Below are positions 27,604 through 40,402 of a stretch of 64,000 nt of DNA, one piece after another. Under the pieces are notes generated by a model, which was not told where the DNA came from, did no database searches, and saw only the letters and a program-made list of their open reading frames with translations. Source of the stretch: Octopus vulgaris. Taxonomy: Eukaryota. A program made the position numbers and the translations under genes. Within the stretch, counting starts at the first letter, position 1; each line of letters opens with the position of its first letter. Location of the stretch: contig OX597838.1 of NCBI GenBank assembly GCA_951406725.2, forward strand, positions 21,700,001-21,764,000, written 5' to 3'.

Positions 27604-27960
27604 TAATCCAAACATGAAAACACAAAGAGAAGACACAACAACGCGAGGACGTGGAACAAGTATAGTGTCATTGGACGCTCAGGAAAGGAAAGTAAGAAGG
27701 AGGATTTAACGTTTCGAGCGGAGCTCTTCGTCAGAAACATAGAAAAAGGAAAGGTCCAAGGAAGGGAAGACGGAGAAAGAAAATCGCCAACGATACACAC
27801 ACACACGCACACACACATATATAGTTGAAATGTATAGAAAATAAAAGACAAAGACATTTGAGGGAACAACAAGCATGTGTATTTGACGCTCGAGAAGACT
27901 GGAAAAGTAGTTGACGTTTCGAGCCCATGCTCTTCGACATAATATGATGAGAGGAAAAAA
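27598..27960 (-). mobile_element. Composite element with two tandem hammerhead cores
   Basis: Intact core at 27704-27738 (CTGACGA-agagctccgctc-GAAACGTT); degenerate core at 27910-27942 (ATGTCGA-agagcatgggctc-GAAACGTC); 27600-27853 closely matches 19250-19485 reversed. Confidence 0.8.
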
Positions 27961-28189
27961 ACTGGAAAGAGAAAGAAAAAAAGGCGAGAGAAAAATGTCA
28001 GGATTAATGGTTTAACCTGATGAAATGACTAGTATATACGTCTTCAGAAATGTAACCACACATGGCCGGCTGGGAAATAACTCAAAAGAGCTACAAATTC
28101 GACGGAACAGTGTGTACTTGATGTTGTACTTGATAGGTCAGTTCTGTCAGGGTCTCCTATACTGCTGTTAATTTATCAAGCTAGAATTT

Positions 28190-29060
28190 ATTATTGTGAT
28201 TACATTTCGACATTGCCTTTGTTCTGTTGTATAAAATATTTATCGCTTGGTCATTGCTAAGTATTTTCCCCTCAACAAGCATACCAAATACGTACTGAAT
28301 AAAGCTTTGCGTTTCTATTTTTATGTAGGGTGTGTCGCGTTAGTTGAATGTCCAGTCAAACACATCAGTTTTTCAATTTCCATATATATCTAGAGATGGC
28401 TGTATTGTTTCTTTTTCACTAATTTTTGAAAATGCTATTAACATAAACCAGTATCATATTTTAAATTGATTTCTATGCTACTCACTTGATATATTACTTT
28501 CTTTTGCAAATTAATTTTTCCTTTCAATATTTTCCGTAAGATAACAGGTCTTATTATTACATTTGGCTTTCTGGGTGTTATTTTGATTGGCCCTTCGTAG
28601 ATTGTGTATAATTTTTCTGCCGAAATTTTTGTACAGTCTTTACTGAGCTTGACACTGCATTTAGTAAATTTATACTACTCGTTACGGACGGGAAATTTCA
28701 TTTTTATTAAGGTTAAATGTTTCTAGCTCTATTTGACTCTACATTTTTGCACAAAGACAAGGCTAAACTATACGATGCTTCTTTTCTAAGTTAGTTTCGT
28801 GGGTGCTCATGCTCATGGTTAATATTTTTTTCAGGCACACTCTTTTCATGCATTATTGTAGTAAGTGGCAGCTTTCTTGAAGGTAAGCCTATCTGAGAAT
28901 ATCTATTCGTTATCCTTCGATTGCTTTTATACTGATAACTTTGGTTAAAATTCTTATTCATGTTCTTCTTATTCAACTTTCTAATCGCTTAATATTCGCT
29001 GGTTTATGTTTAATTTTATACCTAGGATATAAAATGTGTTTACGTTAACGGTGATCGGGA
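28190..29060 (-). pseudogene. Highly decayed Penelope-like (Naiad-type) ORF 3' half with GIY-YIG region
   Basis: Frameshifted motifs in the expected order: VKLSKDCT..IIHN, KVIYQ, NTAISRYIWKLK, VCLL, ILYNRTKAMSKCNH. Confidence 0.55.
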
Positions 29061-29409
29061 TGCAAAGGTCGATCTCCTTAAAATTGCTAATCAGGGCTTT
29101 GTTTTATATAACTTCTTCCAGCAACTAAACTAAGCACTGCTCAAGCATATGCTTAACGTGGACCGACAATAAAATAATGTACCATCTGAATACCAACAAA
29201 ACTAAATAGTAGTGCCATAAGGCGGTGTCCCAGCATGGTCGCAGTCCAATGACTGAAACATGCAGGCGATAAAAGATTTTTAATATCGTTAAAAAAAGAG
29301 CAGGGTTAGAGAGTCTGTTGTTATCAAACAACAGCAACAACAACAACAGTAACACTAACAGCAACAGCAGCACCAACAACATCAGCAACAGCAACAACAG
29401 CAACAGCAG

Positions 29410-29735
29410 TGGAGGCGCAATAGCCCAGTGGTTAGGGCAGCAGACCCGCGGTCGGAGGATCGCGGTTTCGATTCCCAGATCGGGCGTTGTGTGTGTTTAT
29501 TGAGCGAAAACACCTAGCTCCACGAGGCTCCGGCAGTGGGTGGTAGCGACCCCTGTTGTACTCTTTCGCCCCAACTTTCTCTCAGTCTTTCTTCCTGTTT
29601 CTTGTCCCTGACTTCCTACGCAACCGCTGAGCCTGGGTGCGCATTCATCCATCCGTCGATGCTCTCGGTGTCGGGGGTTGACCTGCTTTCTCTTCTGCAG
29701 GTCTTAGGAATAGCAAAGGACCACGTTTCGGACAA
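29410..29735 (+). mobile_element. SINE family B (tail type 4) within (CAA/CAG)n
   Basis: Family B head followed by a tail unlike other copies (CTTGTCCCTGACTTCCTACGCAACC...GGACCACGTTTCGGAC). Confidence 0.8.
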
Positions 29736-30329
29736 ACAGACAGCAACGGCAGCAACAACAACAACAATAGCACATGACGTTATTCGCATTCCATGTTTTC
29801 ACATAACTTTCACGTAATATTTTCATATTTTCACATAATGCTCTTTCCATACAATACAGCTTCAGCAGAAATAGAAACAATGTGAGTTCGATATCCAGGT
29901 TCGCCATCCGTTTTGTTTTGTTTTTCTTTTTCAAGGTTTCTTTTGTGTTATAGTTTTTGTTCTTTCTTTTTCTTTCTTTTTTTTTTTACCTTGTTTCTTT
30001 TCAAAAATAGATTTATGACAAGTTTCGCATTCACTTAATCATCATTAGTTTCTCCTTCGCTTTTAAACTTTCTTCTTCTTCTTCTTCTTCTTCTTCTTCT
30101 TCTTCTTCTTCTTCTTCTTCTTCACCACCACCACCACTACCATGATTATTGTTATTTTCATTTTATCATTACTGTTGTTATTATTAACAGTGTTATTATT
30201 ATTGTTATCGTTATCATTGTTATAATCATTACTGTCATTATCTTGTTTTTATTATTTATTTTATTCTGTTTCAAGCTTCACCCAGAAACCTCAAGCAACA
30301 GCCATATTGGACGTTTTATTATTATTATT

Positions 30330-30415
<86 letters not shown>

Positions 30416-30452
30416 CATTCTTCTTCTTCTTCTCCATCTTCTTCTTCTTCTT

Positions 30453-30483
<31 letters not shown>

Positions 30484-30501
30484 TTATTATTATTATTATT
30501 A

Positions 30502-30578
<77 letters not shown>

Positions 30579-30883
30579 GTTACAATTGTTATTATTGTTG
30601 CTGTTGTTGTTACTTGTTTTCCACATTGTGTTTTGAAAGGGGTTAGAATGGAAAGAAGAAAAAAAAAAATACTCGACCCGGTCAGGATTTGTTCTTTGTC
30701 TCCAATTAGCCGTGAAAATAATTACATCGTCAGTTTGTTTTCACTTCATCTGGTTTCTTAGACATACCTACGTACTAATGTATGCATGTATGTATGTATG
30801 TATGTATGTATGTATGTATGTATGTATGTATGTATGTATGTATGCATATATATGCATACATATGTATGTATATATATATATAT

Positions 30884-30920
<37 letters not shown>

Positions 30921-30930
30921 CATACATACA

Positions 30931-30966
<36 letters not shown>

Positions 30967-32079
30967 CATATATATATATCTATACATCCATCCATCCATA
31001 TATATTCATGCATGCATGTGTGTATTTATAAATATATACATGTGTATGCATGTTTGTATATGGATGGATGGATGTATATATATATATATATGTATATATA
31101 TGTATATCTGCGTGCATGTATATGTATGTACGTATGCATGTGTATATATATATATATATATATATACATACATACATAAAGGTACCAATATATATATACT
31201 TTTATGCTTGTGAGTATGTGTAGGTTTATGACAGCTGTACATACCCATGTATTTGTGTAGTTATAGAGCTGTAAACTCGGTGTGTGTGTATGTGTACTTG
31301 TATGTACATGTGTGTGTATGCGTATGCGCATATATGTGTATACATCCTTATATACAAAGCGTGTGAGTTCTTTGAGAACAAAACATTAATTTAATGAAAA
31401 CAAAAATATTTATTATAAAAAAACAGTACGTTTCTATAGAATTTGGTCCACGTATTCATGTAGTGGAGGCGCGTGGCTTAGTGGTTTGGGGGCTGGATTT
31501 ACGATTGTTAGATTGTGGTTTCGATTCCTGGACCGGGTGATGTGTGTGTGTGTATTCACATTGCACCAGCGGACACAGCTGGCAAATATGTAACCCTAGA
31601 GTTATGTTGAAGACTTGCAGATGTTTGTTTGACGGATATGGCTATCTGTTGAGTCAACTGTGAAGAATGTTCTGCCGCCTTCCTTTGGCTAGGAAGGACA
31701 GTTAGAATGTTCTTCTGGTCGAGTAACCGATCCCTCTCAAAAGGTCCCTGAATAAGGATTGTTTAAGGATGTTGAACGAACCATCTATGTTTCCAAAGGT
31801 GAATTATCCAAACCTCCAAGAATTTCTTTCAACACATGGCTATGATGTTCCCCCACTACTTCTGCTCGTGATCAGAGATGCACATATCGTCAGCCACTAA
31901 GGGACATGCTCAACTGGTTATGGTCAAACAACTGACAAGCAAATCTGTGGTATTGAGCAGAATATTTACTGTAGCGCATCTTTTATACCAAGACAAAACA
32001 ATGTACATGATAACACTTCCAATCAGTTAAGATCAGAAGCCACGAGAGCCACTTTCTGGTACTGCATCAGGGCATCATT

Positions 32080-32139
<60 letters not shown>

Positions 32140-32143
32140 GTTA

Positions 32144-32216
<73 letters not shown>

Positions 32217-32419
32217 GAAAGGCGGTGAGCTGGCAGAATTGTTAGCACGTCGGGGAAAAAATGCATAGCGGCATTTCGTCTATCGCAACGTTCTGAGTTC
32301 AAATTCCGCCGAGGTCGACTTTGCCTTTCATGCTTTCGGGGTCGATAAATGAAGTACCAGTGAAACACTTGCGCCTATAATAGAAATGATTATTATCATT
32401 AATATTGTTGCTCTTGTTG

Positions 32420-32749
32420 TTTTTGTTGTTGATGTTGTTTTGTTGTTGTTGTCGTTGTTACTGCTCCTGTTGTTGTTGTTGTCATCGTTGTTACTGCCAC
32501 TGTTGTTGTTGTTGTCATCGTTGTTACTGCTCCTGTTGTTGTTCTTGTTGTCGTTGTTACTGCTCCTGTTGTTGTTGTTGTTGTCATCGTTGTTACTGCT
32601 CCTGTTGTTGTTGTTGTCATCGTTGTTACTGCTCCTGTTGTTGTTCTTGTTGTCGTTGTTACTGCTCCTATTGTCGTTGTTGTTGTTGTTGTTATTCTCG
32701 TTACTGGTTGTGTTATTGTTGATGTTACCGTTTTCGTTGTTGTTGTTGC

Positions 32750-32795
<46 letters not shown>
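32420..32795. repeat. (TGT)n tract containing a 30-33-bp higher-order unit
   Basis: TCGTTGTTACTGCTCCTGTTGTTG recurs ~7 times. Confidence 0.9.
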
Positions 32796-32832
32796 CACGT
32801 ATTGATTCTCGTCTGTCGCTCTGTCAACATAC

Positions 32833-32949
32833 CAGCTGAAACCGCGAGACATTCCTTATCGTCATCAGCTGCAGCCGACAGGAGGCCATTATGACTCCGG
32901 CATCTTGCCGACGCCTTCCGATCCGACAGGCATATTGCTCTCTCCCCAG
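32833..32949 (-). CDS. Candidate 117-bp exon of an unknown host gene
   Basis: Acceptor tgctgttttgtcacAG, donor CTG/GTATGT; two stop-free readings; non-repetitive and GC-richer than flanks; no recognisable homology. Confidence 0.3.
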
Positions 32950-33269
32950 CTGTGACAAAACAGCATGGAGCTGCTCGGGAATGTCCGGAGAATCATAAAA
33001 CATGAGGAAATATGAAGGAACGTACACAGAATTAATGGAAATAATTAACAAAGCTGGGGAAACAAAAATAAAAACAGTTGAAATAAATATATTGCCTTCC
33101 ACCGCTTGCTTGTAAAAATCAATTGTATTTCATTATATACACAGTACTAACGCTTCAAATCCTTCCTATAACGTGAACGTCCATATATGCGTATGTGTGT
33201 GCGATACATACATGCATACACACACACAGACGCACGTATGTATGTGCGTATGTATATATATATATATAG

Positions 33270-33500
33270 AAAGGCGGCGAGCTGGCAGAAACGTTAGCAC
33301 GCGGGGCGAAATGCGTAGCCGTATTTCTTCTGCCGCTACGTTCTGAGTTCAAATTCCGCCGAGGTCGACTTTGCCTTTCATCCTTTCGGGGTCGATAAAT
33401 TAAGTACCAGTTACGCACTGGGATCGATGTAATCGACTTAATCCGTTTGTCTGTCCTTGTTTGTCCCCTCTGTGTTTAGCCCCTGTGGGTAATAAAGAAA
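33270..33500 (+). mobile_element. SINE family C, full length
   Basis: AAGGCGGCGAGCTGGCAGAAACGTTAGCACG...GAGTTCAAATTCCGCC...GGGTAATAAAGAAATA. Confidence 0.9.
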
Positions 33501-33641
33501 TATATATATATATGTATATTCAAATATATGTACATATGTACGTATGTATATGCACGCATGTATGTATATGTATTTATACATACACATATATAAGTGTGCG
33601 TTTAAGTTAACAGTTAATGGCTCAATAATGCTTTAAAATTA

Positions 33642-33860
33642 AAGGCGGCGAGCTGGTAGAAACGTTAGCACGCGTTGCGGTATTTCGTCTGTCTTTACGT
33701 TCTGAGTTCAAATTCCGCCGAGGCCGACTTTGCCTTTCATCCTTTCGGGGTCGATTAAATAAGTACCAGTTACGCACTGGCGTCGATGTAATCGACTTAA
33801 TCCCTTTGTCTGTCCTTGTTTGCCCCCTCTATGTTTAGCCCCCTGTGGGCAATAAAAAAA
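33642..33860 (+). mobile_element. SINE family C with 14-bp TSD
   Basis: TSD AATAATGCTTTAAA at 33624-33637 and 33861-33874. Confidence 0.9.
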
Positions 33861-33944
33861 AATAATGCTTTAAATTCTCACTCACATGGCGAAACGCCTA
33901 TGATAGTTTAAATGCTTTTCTTTATGTGTATATGGATGCACATA

Positions 33945-34715
33945 CGTATCACCCACCAAAGTAGAGACCATTGTCCTACGAAGTTCATTGTGCACAATAC
34001 TCTCAACTCTCTCACGTGATATGCTAACAGCATTGGCTATTTGATTTACATTCAATCGCCTGTCGCCCATTACCATGTGGTGAACACGATCCATGTCGAA
34101 GCGACAGCTGCAGGATGTCCAAATATTGAATCATCTTCAAAACTTGCCGTTTCCGTCCCAAATTTAGTCGCCCATATTTGCACTCTTTTACTCTTTTACT
34201 TGTTTCAGTCATTTGACTGCGGCCATGCTGGAGCACCGCTTTTAGACGAACAAATCGACCTCGGGACTTATTCTTTGTAAGCCCAGTACTTATTCTATCG
34301 GTCTCTTTTTGCCGAACCGCTAAGTGACGGGGACGTAAACACACCAGCATCGGTTGTCAAGCAATGGTAGGGGGACAAACACAGACACACAAACACACAC
34401 ACACATACATATATATAAATACATATATACGACGGGCTTCTTTCAGTTTCCGTCTACCAAATCCACTCACAAGGCATTGGTCGGCCTGGGGCTATAGCAG
34501 AAGACACTTGCCCAAGATGCCACGCAGTGGGACTGAACCCGGAATCATGTGGTTAGCAAGCTACTTATCACACAGCCACTCCTGCGCCTATGTTTATGAA
34601 GCTTGAGTATCATCCCATGATGTAGCAAGCATGTTAGCAGGAACATCTTTAGGGGCTAAACCCTTTTTACTGTGGGTACTTGATAGTACCACGATGCCAA
34701 AATTTGTTGATTTTC
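33945..34715 (-). pseudogene. Mariner transposase N-terminal fragment split by a family A SINE (34184-34590)
   Basis: KGLAPKDVPANMLATSWDD before the SINE; DRVHHMVMGDRRLNVNQIANAVSISRERVESIVHNEL after it. Confidence 0.8.
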
Positions 34716-34876
34716 AAAAGAAGTTCTTGCTAGATAATTTTTAAGTCTTCATTGAATAGTCAGATGTCAGTTTAATCTAGAAAGATCTCACAGCTCTAGC
34801 ATCACTCCTTCATAGATTGCCAATCAGCCCAAACTCGAAAACATGAATTTATATATGTGCGCGCGCGTGTGTGTGA

Positions 34877-34931
<55 letters not shown>

Positions 34932-34944
34932 TGTGTGTGTGTAT

Positions 34945-35344
34945 TTACTCTTACTCTTTTACTCTTTTACTTGTTTCAGTCATTTGACTGCGGCCATGCT
35001 GGAGCACCGCCTTTAGTCGAGCGATTCGACCCCGGGACTTATTCTTTGTAAGCCCAGTACTTATTCTATCGGTCTCTTTTGCCGAACCGCTAAGTAACGG
35101 GGACATAAACACACCAGCATCGGTTGTCAAACAATATTGAGGGGACAAACACAGACACACAAACGCATATATATATATATATACATATATACGACGGGCT
35201 TCTTTCAGTTTCCGTCTCCCAAATCCACTCACAAGGCTTTGGTCGGCCCGAGGCTATAGTAGAAGACACTTGCCCAAGGTGCCACGTAGTGGGACTGAAC
35301 CCGGAACCATGTGGTTGGTAAGCAAGCTACTTACCACACAGCCA
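34945..35344 (-). mobile_element. SINE family A
   Basis: Near-identical to 34184-34590, 38006-38435, 45589-45999 and 57845-58213. Confidence 0.9.
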
Positions 35345-35925
35345 GTGCAATTTTTTTCCCAAATGAATTGAACTTCATGTTTAAGGCTCCGATGAAGCTG
35401 TAAGGTGTTATTTAGGCACTCAACTATGAGTCCGCCACGTTGTATTGTAGAAACAGCTATCTGTTGAGTCAACTGTGAAGATCGTTCTGCCGCCCTCCTT
35501 TGGCTAGGAAGGACAGGCAGCGTTTATCTGTCTGGTGGGCATAACAAAAGTGGCAGCGTGGTGGACGCGATTGAAACGGCGGAAAACTGACATTTTCCTC
35601 TTTGACCACACCCTCATCAACTCTTTTCGAATTTCACTTGAAAAGAAAACTGAAGGCGAAGAGGGAAGTATTGCCTTTCAGCAATAATAATGAAAAACAG
35701 ATGACAGTGGTGAGTATGGTCCACATGTATGGGCCTGCTCAGAGCAAGCGCTTTCAGACTAGAGGAAAATCAGGAAAGCGCTTGCGGAGTTTACACAGAT
35801 AGATCACGGATGATCGCGTTTTCGCGGGGTTTCAATGGCTAGTTCACGGATGTCTTTTCTACTGTAGGGGAACATTTTATTGTTGGGGAATTCGCTTGAA
35901 AAGTAAACTGTAAATGGAGAGAGAG

Positions 35926-36245
35926 TGGAGGAGCAATGGCCCAGCGGTTAGGGCAGCAGACTCGCGATCGGAGGATCGCGGTTTCGATTCCCGGACCGAG
36001 CGTTGTGTGTGTTTATTGAGCGAAAACACCTAAAGCCCCACGAGGCTCCGGCAGGGGGTGGGGGTGGCGACCCCTGTTGTACTCTTTCACCCCCAACTTT
36101 CTCGCACTCTCTCTTCCTGTTTATTGAGTAACGTTGCGATGGACTGGCGTCCCATCCAGTTTGGGTGGGTGGGTGTCACATACGCCACAGAAACCTGGAA
36201 ACCGGGTTCATGAGCCTGGCTAGGCTTGAAAAGGGCGCAAAAGAA
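35926..36245 (+). mobile_element. SINE family B (tail type 3)
   Basis: Family B head; tail TGCGATGGACTGGCGTCCCATCCAG...CAGAAACC...ATGAGCCTGGC. Confidence 0.85.
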
Positions 36246-36295
36246 AGAAAGAAAATGAAGAGAGAAGTGGGAATCGAAACTGCGATCCTCCGATC

Positions 36296-36525
36296 TATTT
36301 CTTTACTACCCACAAGGGGCCAAACACAGAGGGGACAAACAAGGACAGACAAAGGGATTAAGTCGATTACATCGATCCCAGTGCGTAACTGGTACTTAAT
36401 TTATCGACCTCGAAAGGATGAAAGGCAAAGTCGACCTCGGCGGAATTTGAACTCAGAACGTAACTGCAGACGAAATACGGCTACGCATTTCGCCCGGCGT
36501 GCTAACGTTTCAGCCAGCTCGCCGC
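36296..36525 (-). mobile_element. SINE family C inserted into a family B head
   Basis: 16-bp TSD CTGCGATCCTCCGATC at 36280-36295 and 36526-36541. Confidence 0.9.
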
Positions 36526-37119
36526 CTGCGATCCTCCGATCGCGAGCCCGCTGCCCTAACCACTCGGCCATTGCTCCTCCGCTCTCTCTTTCATTTACAG
36601 TTTCATCAAATTTTATAGCAGTTGGATTGCAGTGGTAAGCACGGTCCGCGTGGATGGGCCCGCATTGAGCAAGCGCCTTGAGATTACGCGGGGTTTCAAT
36701 GGCTAGTTCACGGACGTTCTTTTCCACTGATGGGGAACATTTTATAGTCGAAATTTCTTGGTTATTTCATTGTTTTATTTGCGAATCTGTGTAGACTGAG
36801 TGTTCGTACATCTGTGTTTACTTGGATACCGCGCGGCGGTAATACGATCTCATCCACAGGATCAACAGTTATCAGTGTGTGAGATACGTGCAGCGTGTGT
36901 GATGTATGCTGGGCAGGCAGCTGGTAAATTGGGGGGGGATATGGTGCTGGAGAGGAGGAGGTGTTGGTGTTTGTGGTGGTGGTGGTGGTGGTGGTGGAGT
37001 GGTGGGGTGGTGGTTCTGGTGGAGGTGCTTGTGGTGGGGATGCGTACGGTAGCCTGAGGGTGGCAGTGGCTTATATGATATATAAGATATATAAGATGTG
37101 TAATCTGACTGTCTGCCTG

Positions 37120-37189
<70 letters not shown>

Positions 37190-37222
37190 AGTCTGTCTGT
37201 TTTTCTGCCTGTCTGTCTATCC

Positions 37223-37253
<31 letters not shown>

Positions 37254-37290
37254 ATATACATATACATGTATATATTTTACACAGACACAC

Positions 37291-37321
<31 letters not shown>

Positions 37322-37477
37322 TGTATGTATATGTATATATATGCATATTTATATATGCATATATATATGTATATATATATATATATATACACACATCTAG
37401 GCATGATTTACATATATATATATATTTATATATTCATACATATATATATATACATGCATGCATAATACATATATACA

Positions 37478-37523
<46 letters not shown>

Positions 37524-37540
37524 TATTTACGCACACACAA

Positions 37541-37594
<54 letters not shown>

Positions 37595-38005
37595 GTGTAT
37601 GTATGTATGTATGTATGTATGTATGTAGATGTGTTATCTCGTTAAGAAATCTTAACAGCAGAGAGCAAAGAAAATTAATCGCTCTCTTGACTCCTGGCTT
37701 ATAATTCCCTAAATGTGCTTATGTATGTATGTATGTATGTATGTATGTATGTATGTGTGTGTGAGTGCATGTGTGTGTTTATTTTGCTGGGTAGTAAACA
37801 GATCATAATTCCTATCAAATTCAGTTTTCACTCCTTTATTTCCAGCGCTTGTATTGCAAACGCTTTCTAAAAAAAAAAAACCCTTATGACAACCAGTTAT
37901 GTATCACAGCTGTCCTAGAGCCCGCCTTTTATCCCACCACGGACGGGGTTCATGAACGATAATTCTTCCATGGTCCGGAGTAGCACGTGCGTAGTAAAAT
38001 GCAAT

Positions 38006-38177
38006 AGGCGCAGCAGTGGCTGTGTGGTAAGTAGCTTGCTAACCAACCACATGGTTCCGGGTTCAGTCCCACTGCGTGGCATCTTGGGCTAGTGTCTTCT
38101 GCTATAGCTCCGGGCCGACCAAAGCTTTGAGAGTGGATTTGGTAGACGGAAACTGAAAGAAGCCTGTTGTATATATG

Positions 38178-38208
<31 letters not shown>

Positions 38209-38435
38209 GTGTGTGTTTGTGTGTCTGTGTTTGTCCCCCTAGCATTGCTTGACAACCGATGCTGGTGTGTTTACGTCCCCGTCACATAGCGGTTCGGCAA
38301 AAGAGACCGATAGAATAAGTACTGCGCTTACAAAGAATAAGTCCCGGGGTCGATTTGCTCGACTAAAGGCGGTGCTCCAGCATGGCCACAATCAAATGAC
38401 TGAAACAAGTAAAAGAGTAAAGAGTAAAGAGTAAA
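38006..38435 (+). mobile_element. SINE family A, full length
   Basis: Head, internal (TA)/(TG), tail (AGAGTAA)n. Confidence 0.9.
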
Positions 38436-38499
38436 GTGCACTATACATACATACATACATACATGCATACATACATACATACATACATACATACATACA

Positions 38500-38530
<31 letters not shown>

Positions 38531-38857
38531 TTTAGTTCTTGTGTTTTCGTTTTCCGTGTTTTACATTCTACGTTTTCTATTTGCTGCCTTCCCATGTATT
38601 TTTTGACGTTTCTTTTTTTTTTTTATTCAATTTTATTTTTAGTTCGTTATGGTATGTGGTTTTGTGCCTGACGAATATGCTTCAGATATTTCTCAACGTA
38701 TATGAAGCTATTAGTAGCACTTAAAAACATGTATTGTGTCCTTCAAATATATATATATTTATCTCTCACCAGATGGAGTACATTTTTTTAATGAATCTTT
38801 TAGCACGGAACAGAACATATATATATGTATGTATGTATATATGTATGTATGCTTGTA

Positions 38858-38896
<39 letters not shown>

Positions 38897-39019
38897 TAAT
38901 ATTAAGGAGTAAATCCAAATTTACAGGGAAAAATTAGATTTAGGATTAAATCTAATTTCACAGTATAAATATAAATTAAATTGGTGATAAATTAAATTAG
39001 TGGTTTTATCACTAATTTA

Positions 39020-39070
<51 letters not shown>

Positions 39071-39284
39071 CTTTATTTAAAGCAGCAGAAAATTCAACAA
39101 AACCTGTTACTCTTTTTTTTTGCTAGAATGGACTAGCAAAAACTGTCCGATGAACGGCAATGGGAAACTCAGAGTAACAGGTTTTGTTGAATTTTCTGCT
39201 GCTTTAAATAAAGCATATTACTCTACCACTGGTATTGGAGTACTCTTTTTTCCACCTTGTTTCACATTTATGTGTTTACTCCGG

Positions 39285-39285
<1 letters not shown>
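39071..39285 (+). mobile_element. pLTR-like element with 43-bp inverted repeat and hammerhead-like core (39143-39180)
   Basis: 39071-39113 is the exact reverse complement of 39171-39213; ctgt-CCGATGA-acggcaatgg-GAAACTCAGA-GTA-acag; (TA)n on both sides. Confidence 0.7.
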
Positions 39286-39374
<89 letters not shown>

Positions 39375-39882
39375 GTATCTATATCTGTTATATAAAATCC
39401 GTTCTGTCTGTCTGATCGTCTTCTAGGATCTCGGGCATCCTCCAGTACCCCAGTACTTAACTTTTTCTTTTGCTAAGCCTGGTACTTATTCTGTGGGTCT
39501 CTTTTGCCGAATCTCTAGCTTACAGGGACGTAAACACACCAACACCGGTTGCCAAGAGGTTATATCTTCGGGATGTGTTTACAAACGCTCTTAAATCTCA
39601 TGAAGAAAATGGTTTAACGCGGCCATTGAGATTGCCGATTGCTTCCACGAAAAATACGTGACAGATTTATAAAATATCGCCCTCCGAAAATGCCCTCCGA
39701 GAACGGAACACTTTTCTCGTCCTCTTCTACCTACGTGATACGGTGAATGAACCCCCATGGCCAGTGAAGTTGCTAACAGTGTGAGACTCATATCTTCAAC
39801 CGCTTTGAAGATATGGTGTGGATGATGGCTGCGGTAGTTTGCTACCTCCGCTTGCACAAATATACCCCTACACACATAAATA

Positions 39883-40137
39883 TTGGGTTGGTGCATAATT
39901 ATTGCGGCTTTTTTTTTTTCAACAAATTTTATTCAACAAAAACAATAACAACATGTAACAAAAACATCTTTAAAGGATTATTCCGGAGCATATTCACCTT
40001 CTACTTCAATTACTGCTTCGCCATTTGCTTGGCAGACGGTCAGACTGTCATTTAAAGATGTTTTTGTTAAATATTGTTATTGTTATTGTTGAATAAGATT
40101 TGTTTGAAAAAAGCCGCAATAATTATGCACCAACCCA
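39883..40137. mobile_element. Mariner-type MITE
   Basis: TIR TTGGGTTGGTGCATAATTATTGCGG / CCGCAATAATTATGCACCAACCCA; ~90-bp inverted arms; TA flanks. Confidence 0.9.
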
Positions 40138-40200
40138 TAATAATTATGTATAATATACATACGTACATACATACATACATACATACATACATACATACAT

Positions 40201-40402
40201 TGTGGCTGCCCCCTCGTTATCGAGTATGGCCATTGCACGAAGCTTAACTGTTACTGGTGCTGTGATCGAATGTGACTTTTTAGCCCAGCTAAAGATCTAC
40301 AATGTCTTGTACAGAATTGGCAACTAAAACCTTTACTGGTAATAGCTGGCTGTAGTTGTAACTGGGCTTCATGTACCTTTGCATGTCGTTTAAGTCCTCC
40401 TG
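40201..40402 (-). mobile_element. 5'-truncated RTE-like LINE 3' end in (TACA)n
   Basis: C2H2-type CQFCTRHCR.LAGLKSHIR then short UTR; near-identical copy at 57418-57617. Confidence 0.65.

Noticed and set aside
28008-28058. CTGATGA...GAAATGTA hammerhead
   Set aside because: Stems poorly registered and single copy; compatible with chance
35380-35520. Segment shared with 31640-31700, possibly LINE-derived
   Set aside because: Too short and ambiguous in frame to classify
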